DNA of 64,000 bases from Octopus vulgaris (Eukaryota): NCBI GenBank assembly GCA_951406725.2, contig OX597817.1, positions 58,342,001 through 58,406,000 on the forward strand. The letters run 5' to 3'. How positions within the stretch are numbered: the stretch's first letter is position 1; each line of letters opens with the position of its first letter. The position numbers and the translations under genes are program-made. Positions 28,786 through 40,990 of the stretch are shown here, in pieces. Below the pieces are notes generated by a model. The model saw nothing but the letters and a program-made list of their open reading frames with translations, ran no database searches and was not told where the DNA came from.

Positions 28786-30669
28786 TTTATTGCACACAAG
28801 GGGTTAAAATAGAGGGGACAAACAAAGGGATTAAGTCAATTACATTGACCCCAGTGCATAACTAGTACTTATTTAATTGACCCCGAAAGGATGAAAGGCA
28901 AAGTCGACCTCAGTGGAATTTGAACTCAGAACATAAAGACAGGTGAAATACCACTAAGCATTTTGCCCGGCGTGCTAATGATTCTGCCAGTTGGCCGATG
29001 ATATATATATATAATCTCCTCATCATTTAGCATCCGTTGTCCATGCTGGCATGGGTTGGACAGTTTGACCAGAGCTTGGCCAGCTGGAAGGCTGCACCAA
29101 TCTCCAGTCTTATTTGGCATGGTTTTCTATGGCTGGATGCCCTTCCTAACACCAACCACTTCGAGAATGTAATGGGTACTTTTACGTGCCAGCGGCACAG
29201 GTGCCATTTGCATGTCACCGATATCTGGCATGACTGCGATTTTACTTGGCTTGATGGGTCTTCTTTTCAAGCACAACATAATGCTAAAGGCCTCAGTCAT
29301 TGCCTCCGTGAGGCCCAGAACTCGAAAGGAGCTTTTCACATGCCACTGGCCCAGGTGCCAGTTATGTGACACCAGCATCAGCCATGACTATGATTTCACT
29401 TGATGGGTCTTCTTCTCAAACACGATATAATGCCATAGGTCTCAATATTTGCCTCTGTGAAACCCAAAGTTCAAAGATCATGCTTCACCACCTCATCCAA
29501 TGTCTTCCTGGGTTGACCTCTACCACAGGTTCCCTCCACAGTTAGAGATTAGCCCTTCTTTGTCTTCATCCAAAACACTATATTATCATGTTTATTTCTC
29601 TTCTAGGATGGCTGATGATATGAGACACTTGTTTACCTTGAGCAGCCAACAGCCGAAGCCTTTCATCCTGGTCGGCTCCGAACTCAGTGCACTGTCTGCA
29701 TATTTCTATGCGCAGATGCACGAAAAGTAAGTTTTCCTGTTTATATTCTTATTTCAGTCATTGAACTGCTGTCATACTCGGTTCAATCCCACTGTGTGGC
29801 ACTTTGGGCAAATGTCTTCTGCTATAGACTCAGGCCAAGCAATACTCTGTGAGGGAATTTGGTACACAGAAACTGTGTGGAAGCCTGTTGTGTATGTGTG
29901 TGTGGGGGTGTGTATATATATATATATATATATATATGTAGGCGCAGGAGTGGCTGTGTGGTAAGTAGCTTGCTTACAAACCACATGGTTCCGGGTTCAT
30001 TCCCACTGCGTGGCACCTTGGGCAAGTGTCTTCTACTATAGCCTCGGGCTGACCAAAGCCTTGTGAGTGGATTTGGTAGACGAAAACTGAAAGAAGCCTG
30101 TCATATATATGTATATATACGTGTGGTGTGTTTATGTGTTTGTGTTTGTCACCCCCAACATCGCCTTGACAACCGATGCTGGTGTGTTTGCGTCCCCGTA
30201 ACTTAGTGGTTCGGCAAAAGAGACCAATGGAATAAGTACTAGGCTTCCAAAGAATAAGCCCTGGGGTCGATTTACTTGACTAAAGGTGGTGCTCCAGCAT
30301 GGCCACAGTCAAATGACTGAAACAAGTAAAAGAGTAAAGAGTATAGAAGTGAAGGCATGTGGCTTGGTTGGAATATTCAGCCCACAATCATAAGGTCATG
30401 TGTTCAATTCCCAGTGATGCGTTGTGTCCTTGGACTAGACAATTTATTTTCATGTTGCTCCAGTCCACTCAGCCGGCAAAAACATGTTGTAACTGTATTG
30501 TCAAAGGGTCAGCCTTGTCACACTGTGTAACACTGAGTCTCCCTGGGAACTACATTAAGGGCACACATGTCTGTGGAATGCTCAACTATTTGCATGTTAA
30601 TTTCACGAGCAGGCTTTTCCATTGTTTGTATCAGCTGGGACCCTCGTGTCCATTATCGACGGAGTGCTC

Positions 30670-30712
<43 letters not shown>

Positions 30713-32984
30713 GCACACACATATCTGTGTGTGTGTGTGTGTGTGTTTGTCCTTGTTGTCTTTGCATCTGTGTTTGTCCCTCCCACCACTTGACGACTGG
30801 TATTGGTTCCTTTGCATCCCTGTAACTAAGCAGTTCAGCCGAAGTGACCGATACAATAAGTACCAGACTCGAAAGTATGTATTGGGGTCAATTTTGTTGA
30901 CTAAAAGCCCTTCAAGATATTGCCTCAGCATGACTGCAATCCAATGACTAAACCAGTGGTTCCCAAACCTTTTGTTTAAATGAGTTTTCCCACAGACCCC
31001 TTTTACTATGCTTATCCTTATATATATAAATTTTGAATTTAGTTCACGGGCCCCCAGTACTACATTTGCGGACCACCAGGGGTCCATGGACTCCAGGTTG
31101 GGAACCACTGGACTAAAACATGTAAAAGAAAAATATAAGAGACTAATGTTTGTTTTATTTTTGAATTTCAGTGATGTTACTGGATTGGTAATGATCAACC
31201 CAATTGCAGACGAACTCTTTGATTCCGACAATGGCTTATGGTCTCGTTATTGGTAAGTCAGTTTGGCGTTTTACATGACCTTGTAGGCACATGTCTGGCT
31301 GTGGGGTAAGAAGTTTGCTTCCCAACCACATGGTTCTGGGTTCAGTCCCTCCACACAGCACCTTGGGCCAGTGTCTTCTGTTATTGTGACTAGATTTGGT
31401 AGATGGAAACTGAGAGAAGCTTGCCATGTATATAGGTGCAGGGGTGGCTGTGTGGTAAGAAGCTTGAGGACTGTGGAGAAAAGATGTGGCGGATATAGAT
31501 CTGGCCAGGGAGCAGACTGATGATGGCAGTTGCAGTAGTGTTGGGTTTTGAGTTTGTCCTAGAAGTTTGATCTACAGTAGAACCCTTTACAATTAGGCCC
31601 TGTGGTTGTGTGATTAAGAAGCGTCCCAACAATGTGACCTAGGGTTCAGTCCCACTATGTGGCACCTTGGGGAAGTGTCTTCTGTCATGGCCCTGGGCTG
31701 AACAAAACCTTGTAAGTGGATTTGATAGATGGAGATTTAAAGAAGCCTTTCAGACATATTTTTGTTTTATTTGCAGGTTTGGTAAAATAATTCCTGATTT
31801 GCAACTTCTTCAATTTGGTGCTTCTCTTGGAATCTCGAGAATAGCCATCCATTTTGGATTTTTAGAACAACCTTTGAGAGAGACTTCAATCGCTGAACAG
31901 GTGAAAAACAGGCAGGTAAGAGAGCTTAATTAACTAACGTTTATAATGATGAACTGATATTATTTAATCGTCATCATGATTGTTTAATGTCCGTTTTCCA
32001 TGCTGGCATGGGTTGGACAGTTTGACTGGGGACTGGCAAACCAGGAAGCTGCACGAGGCCCCAATCTGATCTGGCAAGGTTTCTACAGCTGGATGCCCTT
32101 CCTAACGCCAACCACTCCGAGAGTGTCGTGGGTGCTTTGTATGTGCCATCAGCACAGGAGCCAGTCAGGTGGTAAAATACTTTTTAACAATAAATTGAAT
32201 TAAGAAAATGGTTCCTTTCGTATTGTTTTGATTAATGAAAATAACTAAGCTTGTTAGCTTGAAGGATAAAAGAATGAGGTTGGTAGGGTTCTAGAGTTTT
32301 GAAAAGTTGGACAGATGCAAGGTTGAGGTTTGAAAATACAGTTTGATTTTTGTTGGAAGTTAAGGAACATGGATTGTAGAAAGCGAGTTCTGATGTAGCA
32401 ACTGCAGAAGAGGCAGCATTGAATCATTGCACCATTCCAATTATTCTGAACTTTCCAGATTTATTTGTTATGTACAACAGAACCAGTATTAGTTTAAAAT
32501 AGCGATATGTGTATCATACTCAAAGCAGATGCATTATGGAAAGGTAAATTTATGGATGTATTGGTTGGGGTTAGGAAGGGCATCTAGCTGTAAAATCTAT
32601 GCCAAAACAGTGTGGAGCCATTAGTCTTTATGTTCCAAGTTCAAATTCTGCCTGGGTTCACTTTGTCTTTTATCCTTTTGGGGTTGATTAATCAAGTACC
32701 TGTGAGACACTGGGGTCGCTGTAATCAACTAGTCCTCTTCCCCAAAATTCCAGGCCTTGTGCCTTTAGTAGAACGGATTGTTATTATTATTGTTGTTGTT
32801 CTTCTTCTTTGCATGTTTTACTACTCCCTTGTTGAATAATATATATCTCTGTATTTCTCTTTCCAGAAATATCTCTTGTGTCATCCCAAACATCTTAGTT
32901 CAGCGGTTGATGAACATCACTTCATTAATGAATCTATATCACAGATTAGGTAACACACCAACTTTTATGGTTCTTCAACTATCT

Positions 32985-33015
<31 letters not shown>

Positions 33016-33052
33016 TGTTGCCTTGTTTAACGTCACCTCCTGACATCTATGC

Positions 33053-33104
<52 letters not shown>

Positions 33105-33536
33105 TGCCCGGACTTGCGCCTGGGAGGTTAACTTTCAAAGTGCAATCCCATGGTCAGTATCATGGCCAGCATCTCAGATATACATATATATATATTAATT
33201 ATTTCAAGGATATAGATACCTCTTAAAGGGATGTCAGCATCCAGGTTCCTTGGTTTCATCCAGCGTATCATTGAAATACTAAAAGATGTTAGCTTCACAT
33301 TGATGGATATGGGTATCTTACCATTGATGTATAAGAAAAAGAAGGTAATGGAGAAATTGACATATAGACATCAATGTTCAATTAATTGTAATTCAATATG
33401 AATCTTTCATTTAATTTTTCTAATTTGAACAAATTGGACAGGTAAACGATTGTAGGGTCCATGAGTTTGATAGTGTTCGAAATTGGATTTGTTTCAATAA
33501 ATTGATGCCTGCATAACAATTTCTCCATTTTCTTTT

Positions 33537-33573
<37 letters not shown>

Positions 33574-33884
33574 GTGAAGGTATATGGCTTGCGATTGTAA
33601 GGTTGTGAGTTCAATTTCCAGCAACGCATTGTGTCATTGAGCAAGACACTTCATTTCATGTTGCTCCTAACCACTCGGATGGCAAAAATGAGTTGTACCT
33701 GTATTTCAAAGAGCCAGCCTTGCCACACTCTGTGTCACGCTGAATCTCCCTGGGAACTACGTTAAGGGTACACATGTTTGTGGAGTGCTCAGCCACTTGC
33801 ATGTTAATTTCACGAGCAAGCTGTTCCATTGATCGGATCAGCTGTGACCCTGATCATCATAACCGACTGAGTGCTCCTTTAATA

Positions 33885-33923
<39 letters not shown>

Positions 33924-36279
33924 TTGTCGTCGTTTAACGCTTTCCATACTGGCATGGGTTGGACAGTTTGACTGAGGGCTGGCGAGCCAGAAGGCTGTAT
34001 CATATATATATATGCACACGCACACACATGCAAATATTGAACAGTGAGAGTGAGTGCTCAACACTGCATTGGTGGGTAAATATTCAGATGAATATTGGTA
34101 GTTGTCCCTAAAATGGAGACAAGTACCAATGTTCTCTTGTGGCAGGTTTGATAATTAAGAGATTCCTCTTTACATGAAACCATTGCTAGCATTGTTAACC
34201 CACAAATATAGTATGTGTGTGTGTGTGATCATATATACCCAAGCACCCACGCAATGTGAATATACATACAACTTGCTTCTACAGAACCCACATAAATTGC
34301 TGGTATTCAATTCTGATTTCAGGTTGGCAAGAATTATGAAGAATTTACCAAGCAATATGACAACAACAGTAATTTCTGGGAACATGTATGATAAAACACT
34401 TTCACGAGAACTTAATGAGGTGAGTTAAACTTGTAACACTTGTAGTTCAGCCTTGATCTTGTAGATCAGTGATCAGGTTACTGGAATGGGTGTTCAAGGG
34501 GAAACTACCATATTTGGTGGCACAAAAGGTGCTCTGGCATTTTAGACACACACCAATTTCAGCTGTACATATTCAGGAAAGCAGAAAATCGTTTTTAGTG
34601 TGTTTAAGACATTTCATATTGGCTCAAATTAGACAATGAGCTGGCAGGAGTGTTTACATGGACAAAATGGTTAATGACATGTTGTCCCTCTTTACATTCT
34701 GAGTTCAAATACTGCCAAGGTCGACTTTGCCTTTCAGGAGTATGGTAAGTACCAGTTGAACACTGGGGTCGATGTAATTGACTCACTCCTTTCCTTCAAC
34801 TTTCTGGTTTTGTGTTAAAATTTAAAACCAATGTAGGTTCATATTCGCATTTTGGACCTGGGGTGGGTTTTTGAGACTTTTTTTTTTATTGAAGAAAGTG
34901 CGTTTGATGTGCCACAAAATATGTTAAGTCAGAATGGCTTTCAGAGGTAACCCTGATTAAGCCAACCTATGATCAGATACCCTCCAGCTGTGACCATCCT
35001 AACCTTTATTCAATGTTCCCAGAACATTATCTCATGTATCCATCCTGTCCTGAGACAGCTGGATGTAATTTGAGGAAATCTTAGCTGCTACATCCAGCAG
35101 TTTGAAGACCATGCAGAGGCTCCTATGGTACCTTCCTATTTATTCTTTGGAGATGAAAGAAAGCTCAACACTGGTTAATTAAAGCAGTTGTAAAGTGCTT
35201 GGTGCCATGCTTACTGGGAATGTCCGGACGTTAGAGGAGTTTCTACCCTTAGACGACTGAAATACATATTTTTTGTACTTAATTCATTTGACTCTGGTTA
35301 TGCTGGGATGTCAAAGGTTTTCGTTGTTTCTATCCAAGCTAATATTTTGGTACTTATTTTGTTTTTCTTATAAGAAATGCTAAGCGGACTTTGGTCGGAA
35401 GGGAGATAACTCAGTGGCATATTAATACTGCAGCGGTATTTCTGTTGAATCTATTATAGGGTGTTCAAAAAGTCTCTCCGCAGGAAGTATTTTATTGCAA
35501 AATAAATATAAGACTACAAAAGAATATAATGGACTTTACAAGACTTTAAAAAAAAATGGGTTTGGGTTCAATCCCATTGTGGGACACCTAGGACAAGTAT
35601 CTTCCTCAATATATCCATGACTGACCAATGCTTTCTGAGTGAAATTGGCGAGTAGAAACTGTGTGGAAGCCTGTCATAGCTGTGTATATTTGTGTGTGTA
35701 TATATACGATAGCATAAGTACAAGTCTTAAAATATAAAATAAGTCCTGGGGTCAACTAAAATCCTTCAAGCTGATGCCCCAGCATGGCCTTAGTTAATAT
35801 AGATGGAGTTAAGAAAAGAATGCAAGTGAGAGAGAGGTGTAGTAGTAAACCAAAGACCTGGCGATAATATGAAGACCGTTTGGTGAATATAGTTATATAT
35901 ATATATGTGTGTGTATGTATGTATATATATATATATATGTATGTATATGTAAAAGGTGTATCTTTGATCCTCTGCAAAATCCCAAATTTTATTTAATTTG
36001 TTTTGCGGGACAAACTGTTTTGCCAAAGACGTATCTTGTCATGAATTGTTTGAAATACAGAGTAGAAAAACAGTTGACAACTGATGAAGGGTTATTCTTT
36101 ATGTTGTTTGTCTTGTTTTCCATTTGTTTCCTTTGTTGTTTGCGAAAAAAAAGTTCTTATTCCATGTTCTCATATTTCATATTTCTTACGTTCTGTGACG
36201 TCCTCTGCCCATATATGCATATGTATATACATATAGAAGTATGTACGTATATGTATATATATATATGCATATATATACA

Positions 36280-36326
<47 letters not shown>

Positions 36327-38172
36327 GTATATATGTGTGTGTGTGTGTGTTTAAGTGCATGTGTATGTGTGTTTCCTTAGTTGAATGTCATGTGATAGCT
36401 GTAAACGATCTTCCCCACACAAGCAGTGTCGTTTGTTTTCAATCCACCTTGGGAACATGTCTAGACATGGAGAAACTTTATGTTACTTGCAAACAGGTGA
36501 AAATTGATGACAGGAAGGGCATCTGACCATAGAAAAACTGCCACAACAATTTCTGCCAGACCGATGCAAGCATAAAAAAAAGGGGCAATAAAATGATGAT
36601 GATGATGGTGATGAAAGGAATTGTATTCAATTCTTTCTCAAAACGAATTTATTTTTTCTCCAAAGTGGTTCAGTGCCAGAAACAAGTCTCCACCAAAACA
36701 GAAATTGTATATTTGCAAACATGTTTGGGTGGGGCATAGAATTGGATCCAGGTTCACTCCCATTGCTTGGCACCTTCTTCCTTCTTGATTGGCCTTGTTA
36801 GTGAATTTGGTTGATGGAAGCTGAAAGAAGTTTTCCGCGCGCGTGTGTGTGTGTGTGTGTTCCCCTACCACTCGACAAACTGTTTTGGTTTGTTGATGTC
36901 CTTGCAGCTTAGCAGTTTGGTAAAAGGGACGATAGTATAAATACAAGTCTTAAAATATAAAATAAGTCCTGGTGTCAGCTAAAATCCTTCAAGCTGATGC
37001 CCCAGCATGGCCTTAGTTAATATAGATGGGGTAAGAAAAGAGTGCGAGAGAGAGAGAGAAAGGTGTAGTAGTAAAACGAAGCCCTGGGAATAATTATGAA
37101 GACCATTTGGTGAATGTAGTTATCTCCCTTAGATAATATATTTTTAATGGTGTATTCGACCCTGAGTTGGTTTGTCAGGAAATGGTAAATATGAAAAAGT
37201 GACAAAATGAAATAAGTTACTAAGGTCACCATCGTTAGCAGCAGCATTACGTCCACTTTTCCTTGCTGGCATGGGTCAGGCAGAATTTGTTGAACAGGTT
37301 TTTTTTATTATGGTCGGATGCCCTTCCTATTGTCAATCCTTCCCTATTTCCAAGCAAGGTAATATTTCTCCATGGCCTGTCATGTTCTTGGAGAATACTG
37401 GGAATAAAATGACCCTGCTTGTATGACAGTGACAAGACTAGGCGACACAAACATACACACATGCATATATATATATATACACACATGATAGATCACTAGC
37501 CACTAAACCTCTTCTATTTTGTCTCGCTGTTTCTTTCTGTCAAAGAGCATAGGCTCGAAATGTAAAAAACTTTCTCACTTCCAGAGTGTTAAACTAATAC
37601 ATCTGTTTGTTGTTTACACACCCATCTTCATCTTTTGCCTTTTTGTAAATATATATATACATACTAGGTGTGGGCATGGTTGTGTGGTTAGGGAGCTTGC
37701 TTCCTAGCTACATGGTTTCGGGTTCAGTCCCACTGCGTGGCACTTTGGGCAGGTGTCTTCCACTATAGCCCCGAGTCGACCGAAGCTTTGTGATTGAATT
37801 TGGTAGGCGGAAGTTACTGCCATGTGTGTATGTGTGTGTATAGCTGCTCAGTGCCTCTCCGAAAGAGAGAGAGGGATTTAGGTGTGGCTAAATGAAATCA
37901 ATGTTGTGCCTTTATAATTATTTGCTAATTTCTGTATTGTTTCTTTTATAATTTACATGTTAATTATGTGTTAATTTTACATGTAATGTCTTATATATTC
38001 TTTGTAGGCTTGGGCTCGTGGCGAGCGGAAAATGATCCAAAAATTCTTCAGCAATGCCCACCACATTATCATAAATGGTGTCGACCATCATATGATGTAC
38101 AAGAAACCTGCAGCTGTGATAAAACCAATTTTAGAGATTGTTCAGAACTGGAAAGACCAGCCGTCAGCGTGA
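18446..38172 (+). CDS. Spliced gene, membrane-anchored alpha/beta-hydrolase-fold (ABHD-like) protein; 11 coding exons found, 5' start exon not located
   Basis: Exons 18446-18581, 21556-21624, 24387-24463, 25539-25589, 27023-27096, 29607-29726, 31172-31252, 31777-31915, 32867-32949, 34323-34419, 38008-38172. All have AG/GT boundaries and matching phases (sum 1092 nt, TGA at 38170-38172). Motifs: [70 protein letters not shown]. Confidence 0.9.
19418..19809 (+). mobile_element. Non-autonomous Helitron
   Basis: 5' A|TCtctctatatataaa; 3' hairpin cccgagcactgccggg then CTAG|T; inserted between A and T with no TSD. Confidence 0.8.
21556..21624 (+). CDS. ABHD-like exon B
   Basis: tttgtag|GT CAA...ACT G|gtgagt; (G)[22 protein letters not shown](V). 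Confidence 0.9.
21690..21865 (+). mobile_element. R4/Dong-type endonuclease-region fragment
   Basis: [27 protein letters not shown] resembles the H.PE.V.EN...ILWDF.IQTD motif. Confidence 0.5.
22350..22790 (-). mobile_element. R4/Dong-type retroelement 3' end with (AAT)n tail
   Basis: Minus strand [24 protein letters not shown], then a UTR ending in (AAT)n. Confidence 0.6.
24079..24278 (+). mobile_element. ~200 bp (TA)n-embedded element, family H1, with hammerhead-like core
   Basis: gttt-CTGATAA-a-gagc-tcc-gctt-GAAA-CG-TT-aaac; other copies at 50575-50777 (+) and 54341-54519 (-). Confidence 0.75.
24387..24463 (+). CDS. ABHD-like exon C
   Basis: ttttcag|TG ATA...AGA|gtatgt; (V)[25 protein letters not shown]. 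Confidence 0.9.
25539..25589 (+). CDS. ABHD-like exon D
   Basis: ttcacag|GTT...GAG|gtgagt; [17 protein letters not shown] (D-R-x-G-x-G-x-S motif). Confidence 0.93.
27023..27096 (+). CDS. ABHD-like exon E
   Basis: ctctcag|AAC...GAG AG|gtacgt; [24 protein letters not shown](R). Confidence 0.85.
27296..27720 (+). mobile_element. tRNA-derived SINE (representative full-length copy)
   Basis: Head ggcgtaggagtggctgtgtggtaag...ggttcagtccc (A/B-box-like). Other copies at ~915, 26349, 29941, 37667, 42250, 55035 (+) and ~5290, 15680, 43280 (-). Confidence 0.85.
28447..28650 (+). mobile_element. ~200 bp (TA)n-embedded element, family H2, with variant hammerhead-like core
   Basis: cttt-CTGTAGA-a-gagc-gtag-gctc-(G)AAAC(G)TA-aaag; other copies at 37485-37650 (+) and 54750-54967 (-). 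Confidence 0.7.
29607..29726 (+). CDS. ABHD-like exon F (nucleophile elbow)
   Basis: cttctag|G ATG...GAA AA|gtaagt; [39 protein letters not shown](N). Confidence 0.92.
29941..30340 (+). mobile_element. tRNA-derived SINE
   Basis: Near-identical to 27296-27720. Confidence 0.85.
30954..31110. mobile_element. hAT-type MITE
   Basis: TIRs CAGTGGTTCCCAAAC / GGTTGGGAACCACTG; 8-bp TSD gactaaac / gactaaaa; inserted in a SINE tail. Confidence 0.85.
31172..31252 (+). CDS. ABHD-like exon G
   Basis: atttcag|T GAT...TAT TG|gtaagt; [26 protein letters not shown](W). Confidence 0.92.
31777..31915 (+). CDS. ABHD-like exon H
   Basis: tttgcag|G TTT...CAG|gtaaga; [46 protein letters not shown]. Confidence 0.9.
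32867..32949 (+). CDS. ABHD-like exon I
   Basis: tttccag|AAA...ATT AG|gtaaca; [27 protein letters not shown](R). Confidence 0.9.
34323..34419 (+). CDS. ABHD-like exon J
   Basis: atttcag|G TTG...GAG|gtgagt; [32 protein letters not shown]. Confidence 0.9.
38008..38172 (+). CDS. ABHD-like terminal coding exon
   Basis: tttgtag|GCT...GCG TGA; [54 protein letters not shown]; His at the catalytic-His position (GVDH). Confidence 0.92.
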   Translation, partial: AWARGERKMIQKFFSNAHHIIINGVDHHMMYKKPAAVIKPILEIVQNWKDQPSA

Positions 38173-38439
38173 CTAGAGTCGGGTTATTCCACAAAACTAA
38201 ATCTATATAATTATTGATTGTTGATCATGGTGATGATGATGATGATGATATTGACTTTTGATTTCTGAACAGAAGCGGAAGAGCACATACCATTTTATTG
38301 GGTTTTTAGAAAAAATTTTTTTTAATGTGTGCTGTGGGAGAGGTGCACAGATGGACAATCAGTTAAACCAACCCCCATCCCCCGCCCGTCCCCTACCACT
38401 ACTTGATCTATCAAATGGACAGAAGAATATTCCTTAGCA

Positions 38440-38512
38440 AATAAAAGAATTTTTTTTTGTGTTTTTTGGGGTGTTTACCGTCTCAACATTGAAAGAAGGG
38501 GAAATAAATAAA
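38440..38512 (+). terminator. Candidate polyadenylation signals of the ABHD-like gene
   Basis: AATAAA at 38440 and again near 38503-38512. An alternative distal pair lies near 42162/42180, followed by a U-rich tract. Confidence 0.3.
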
Positions 38513-38767
38513 AATTCCTGGTAAAAAAGATAAATGAAAGACATCAATCATTAATCACCATTCCAAATTGTTTTGTATTTGAAGAAGAATTTAGTTTCTC
38601 TTTTATACATTTTAGAAAACTCACCAAAAAAAAAAGGAAAAACTGGTATTTAACATTTATGAAATGGAATATTTTTTTTAAATTTTGTTTCTTTTACTTC
38701 AAACATTTTGAAATATTTAAAAAAATTATTATCATTATTATTATTATTGTTGTTATTATTATTATTA

Positions 38768-39575
38768 AGGTGGTAAGCTGGCAGAAATGTTACCATGCTG
38801 GGTGAAGTGCTTAGTGGTATCTCGTCTGCTGTTACGTTCTGAGTTCAAATTCTGCTGAGGTTGACTTTGCCTTTCATCCTTTCAGAGTTGATTAAATAAG
38901 TACCAGTTATGCACTGGGGTTGATCTAATCGACTTAATCCCTTCCCCCAAATTTGAGGCCTTGTGCTTCCAGTAAAAAGGATTATTATTATTATCATTAA
39001 GACAGTGAGCTGGCAGAAACGTTAGCACACCAGGTGAAATGTTTAGCGATGTTTTGTCTGTCACTACATTCTGAGTTCAAATTCTGCCGAGGTCAACTTT
39101 GCCTTTCATCCTTTTGAGGGTCGATAAATTAAATACCAGTTGAGTACTGGGGTCGATGTAATTGACTTCATCTCTCCCCCAAAATTTCAGGCCTTGTGCC
39201 TTTAGTAGAAAAGATTATTATTATTACTAAACCAGTGAGCTGGCAGAATCATTAGCAGTATTTTGTCCATTAGTACATTCTGACTAGGGTCGATGTAATT
39301 GACTCATCCTCTCCCTCAAAATTGCTGCCCTTGTGGCAAAATTTGAAACCATTACTATTATTATTATTATTAAGGCATTGATCTGGCAGAATGGTTAGCA
39401 TGCCAGCTGGAATGCTTAGTGGCATTTCCTCCACCTTTACATTCTGAGTTCAGATTCTGCTGAGCCTGTCATCCTTTCTGGGGTCAATAAATTAAGTACC
39501 AGTTGTGTACTGGAGTCAGTGTAGTCGACTCTTCCCTCAAAATTTCAGGTCTTGTGCCTATAGCAGAAAGGTTTA
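38768..39575 (+). mobile_element. Tandem cluster of ~4 SINEs with a Deu/Nin-like core, separated by (ATT)n
   Basis: Repeated gagctggcagaa...gagttcaaattc...gtcgactttgcctttcatccttt...aagtaccagt units. Confidence 0.8.
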
Positions 39576-39754
39576 TCATTGTTATGTTTATGTATTTCGT
39601 TGGCTTGTGCCTCTGCTAGATATTACGTGTTTAGTTTCTGTTGACTGAAATGAAATATTTAATCACAAATAATGTGTCTAGGTAATCTAGAATGATCCAG
39701 TTGTAAAATGAGAAAAAAGGCAGAACATTATTATTATTATTATTATTATTATTG

Positions 39755-40290
39755 AATGAGAGAGTAGTGCATGCCATCAAAGTGACACTGGGATAAAATA
39801 TACGAAGCCCAGTATACCCAGCATGACTACTCGTCTGATAAGGGTACACCAGGCATATGCATCACAACCGTATGGAGATCTCATATCAAGATAAACAGCG
39901 CATGACTTTGCAGGTGGGACCCAGTTAGAATTTTCTTCTGGTCGAGTAACCCATCCCACTCAAAAGGTCCCTGAATAAGGGTTGTTTAAGGAAGTTGAAC
40001 GAACCACCCATGTTTCCAAAGGTGAATCATCCAAACCTCTAAGAATTCCTTTCAACACATGGCTATGATGCTCCCCCACTACTTTTGTTCATGATCAGAG
40101 ATGCACATATCGTCAGCCACTAAGGGACATGCTCAACTGGTTAAGGTCAAACAACTGACAAGTAAATCTGTGGTATTGAGCAGAATATTTGCCAAAACCC
40201 ATCTTTTTTACCAAGATAAAACATGATAACACTTCCAATCAGTTAAGAAGCCATGAAAGCCACCACCTGGTACTGCATCAGGGCATTTAT
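39755..40290 (-). mobile_element. Unclassified interspersed repeat flanked by (AAT)n
   Basis: Partial second copy at 6580-6795. Confidence 0.6.
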
Positions 40291-40439
40291 TATTATTATT
40301 ATTATCTTATTTGACAATCTGAGCTTCCATTGTTTCTAAACAGTTTCTTGTTGATCTTAGCAGACCAGGGTTCTCCTGTATGGCTTTTCTCCTGTATGAT
40401 TCTTATACTCCTCTTGGAGGTTGTACTCCTTCCATTCCA

Positions 40440-40990
40440 ACTCAGCAGTATTCCATTCTGGTTGTTACATTCCATATCAAGCTAGCAGTCCCTCACCCTT
40501 ATACTATGATATCGGATCTCCTATACTATAGTATTGGACACCAAAATGGTAATAGTTTATTCCAGCATTGTACTGCTCCACAAAATGGTAAATATTCCAC
40601 TGCAGTCTTGCAATATGTTTGTTTTCCACATCAAATTTGCAATGTTCCGTTCCAACTCTGCAGTTTTGTATATCAAGGATGCAATAATTTTTAGCTCTGC
40701 AGTATTGCACATCAATCAAATGAGTGAGATTCCATTCCAACGTTGCAGCACTGCACATCAAAACAGTAATAATTCACACCCAAAATGGCAGTACTGCACA
40801 TTAGTGACATAGATAATAATAATAATAATAATTCTGATGTGTTCTTGCCTTACATCAAGGTTGTAAATATTTCACATCAACACTGCAGTATATATATTGC
40901 ACATGGTGACTGCAGTATTTTACCTCAACATTGCAGTGTTGCACATCAAGGTTGCAGCATTATGTCGCACCAACACAGCACTGCTGTGGT
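40440..40990 (+). repeat. Degenerate ~33 bp minisatellite
   Basis: Recurrent ctgcagtattgcacatcaa...atattcc units. Confidence 0.65.
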
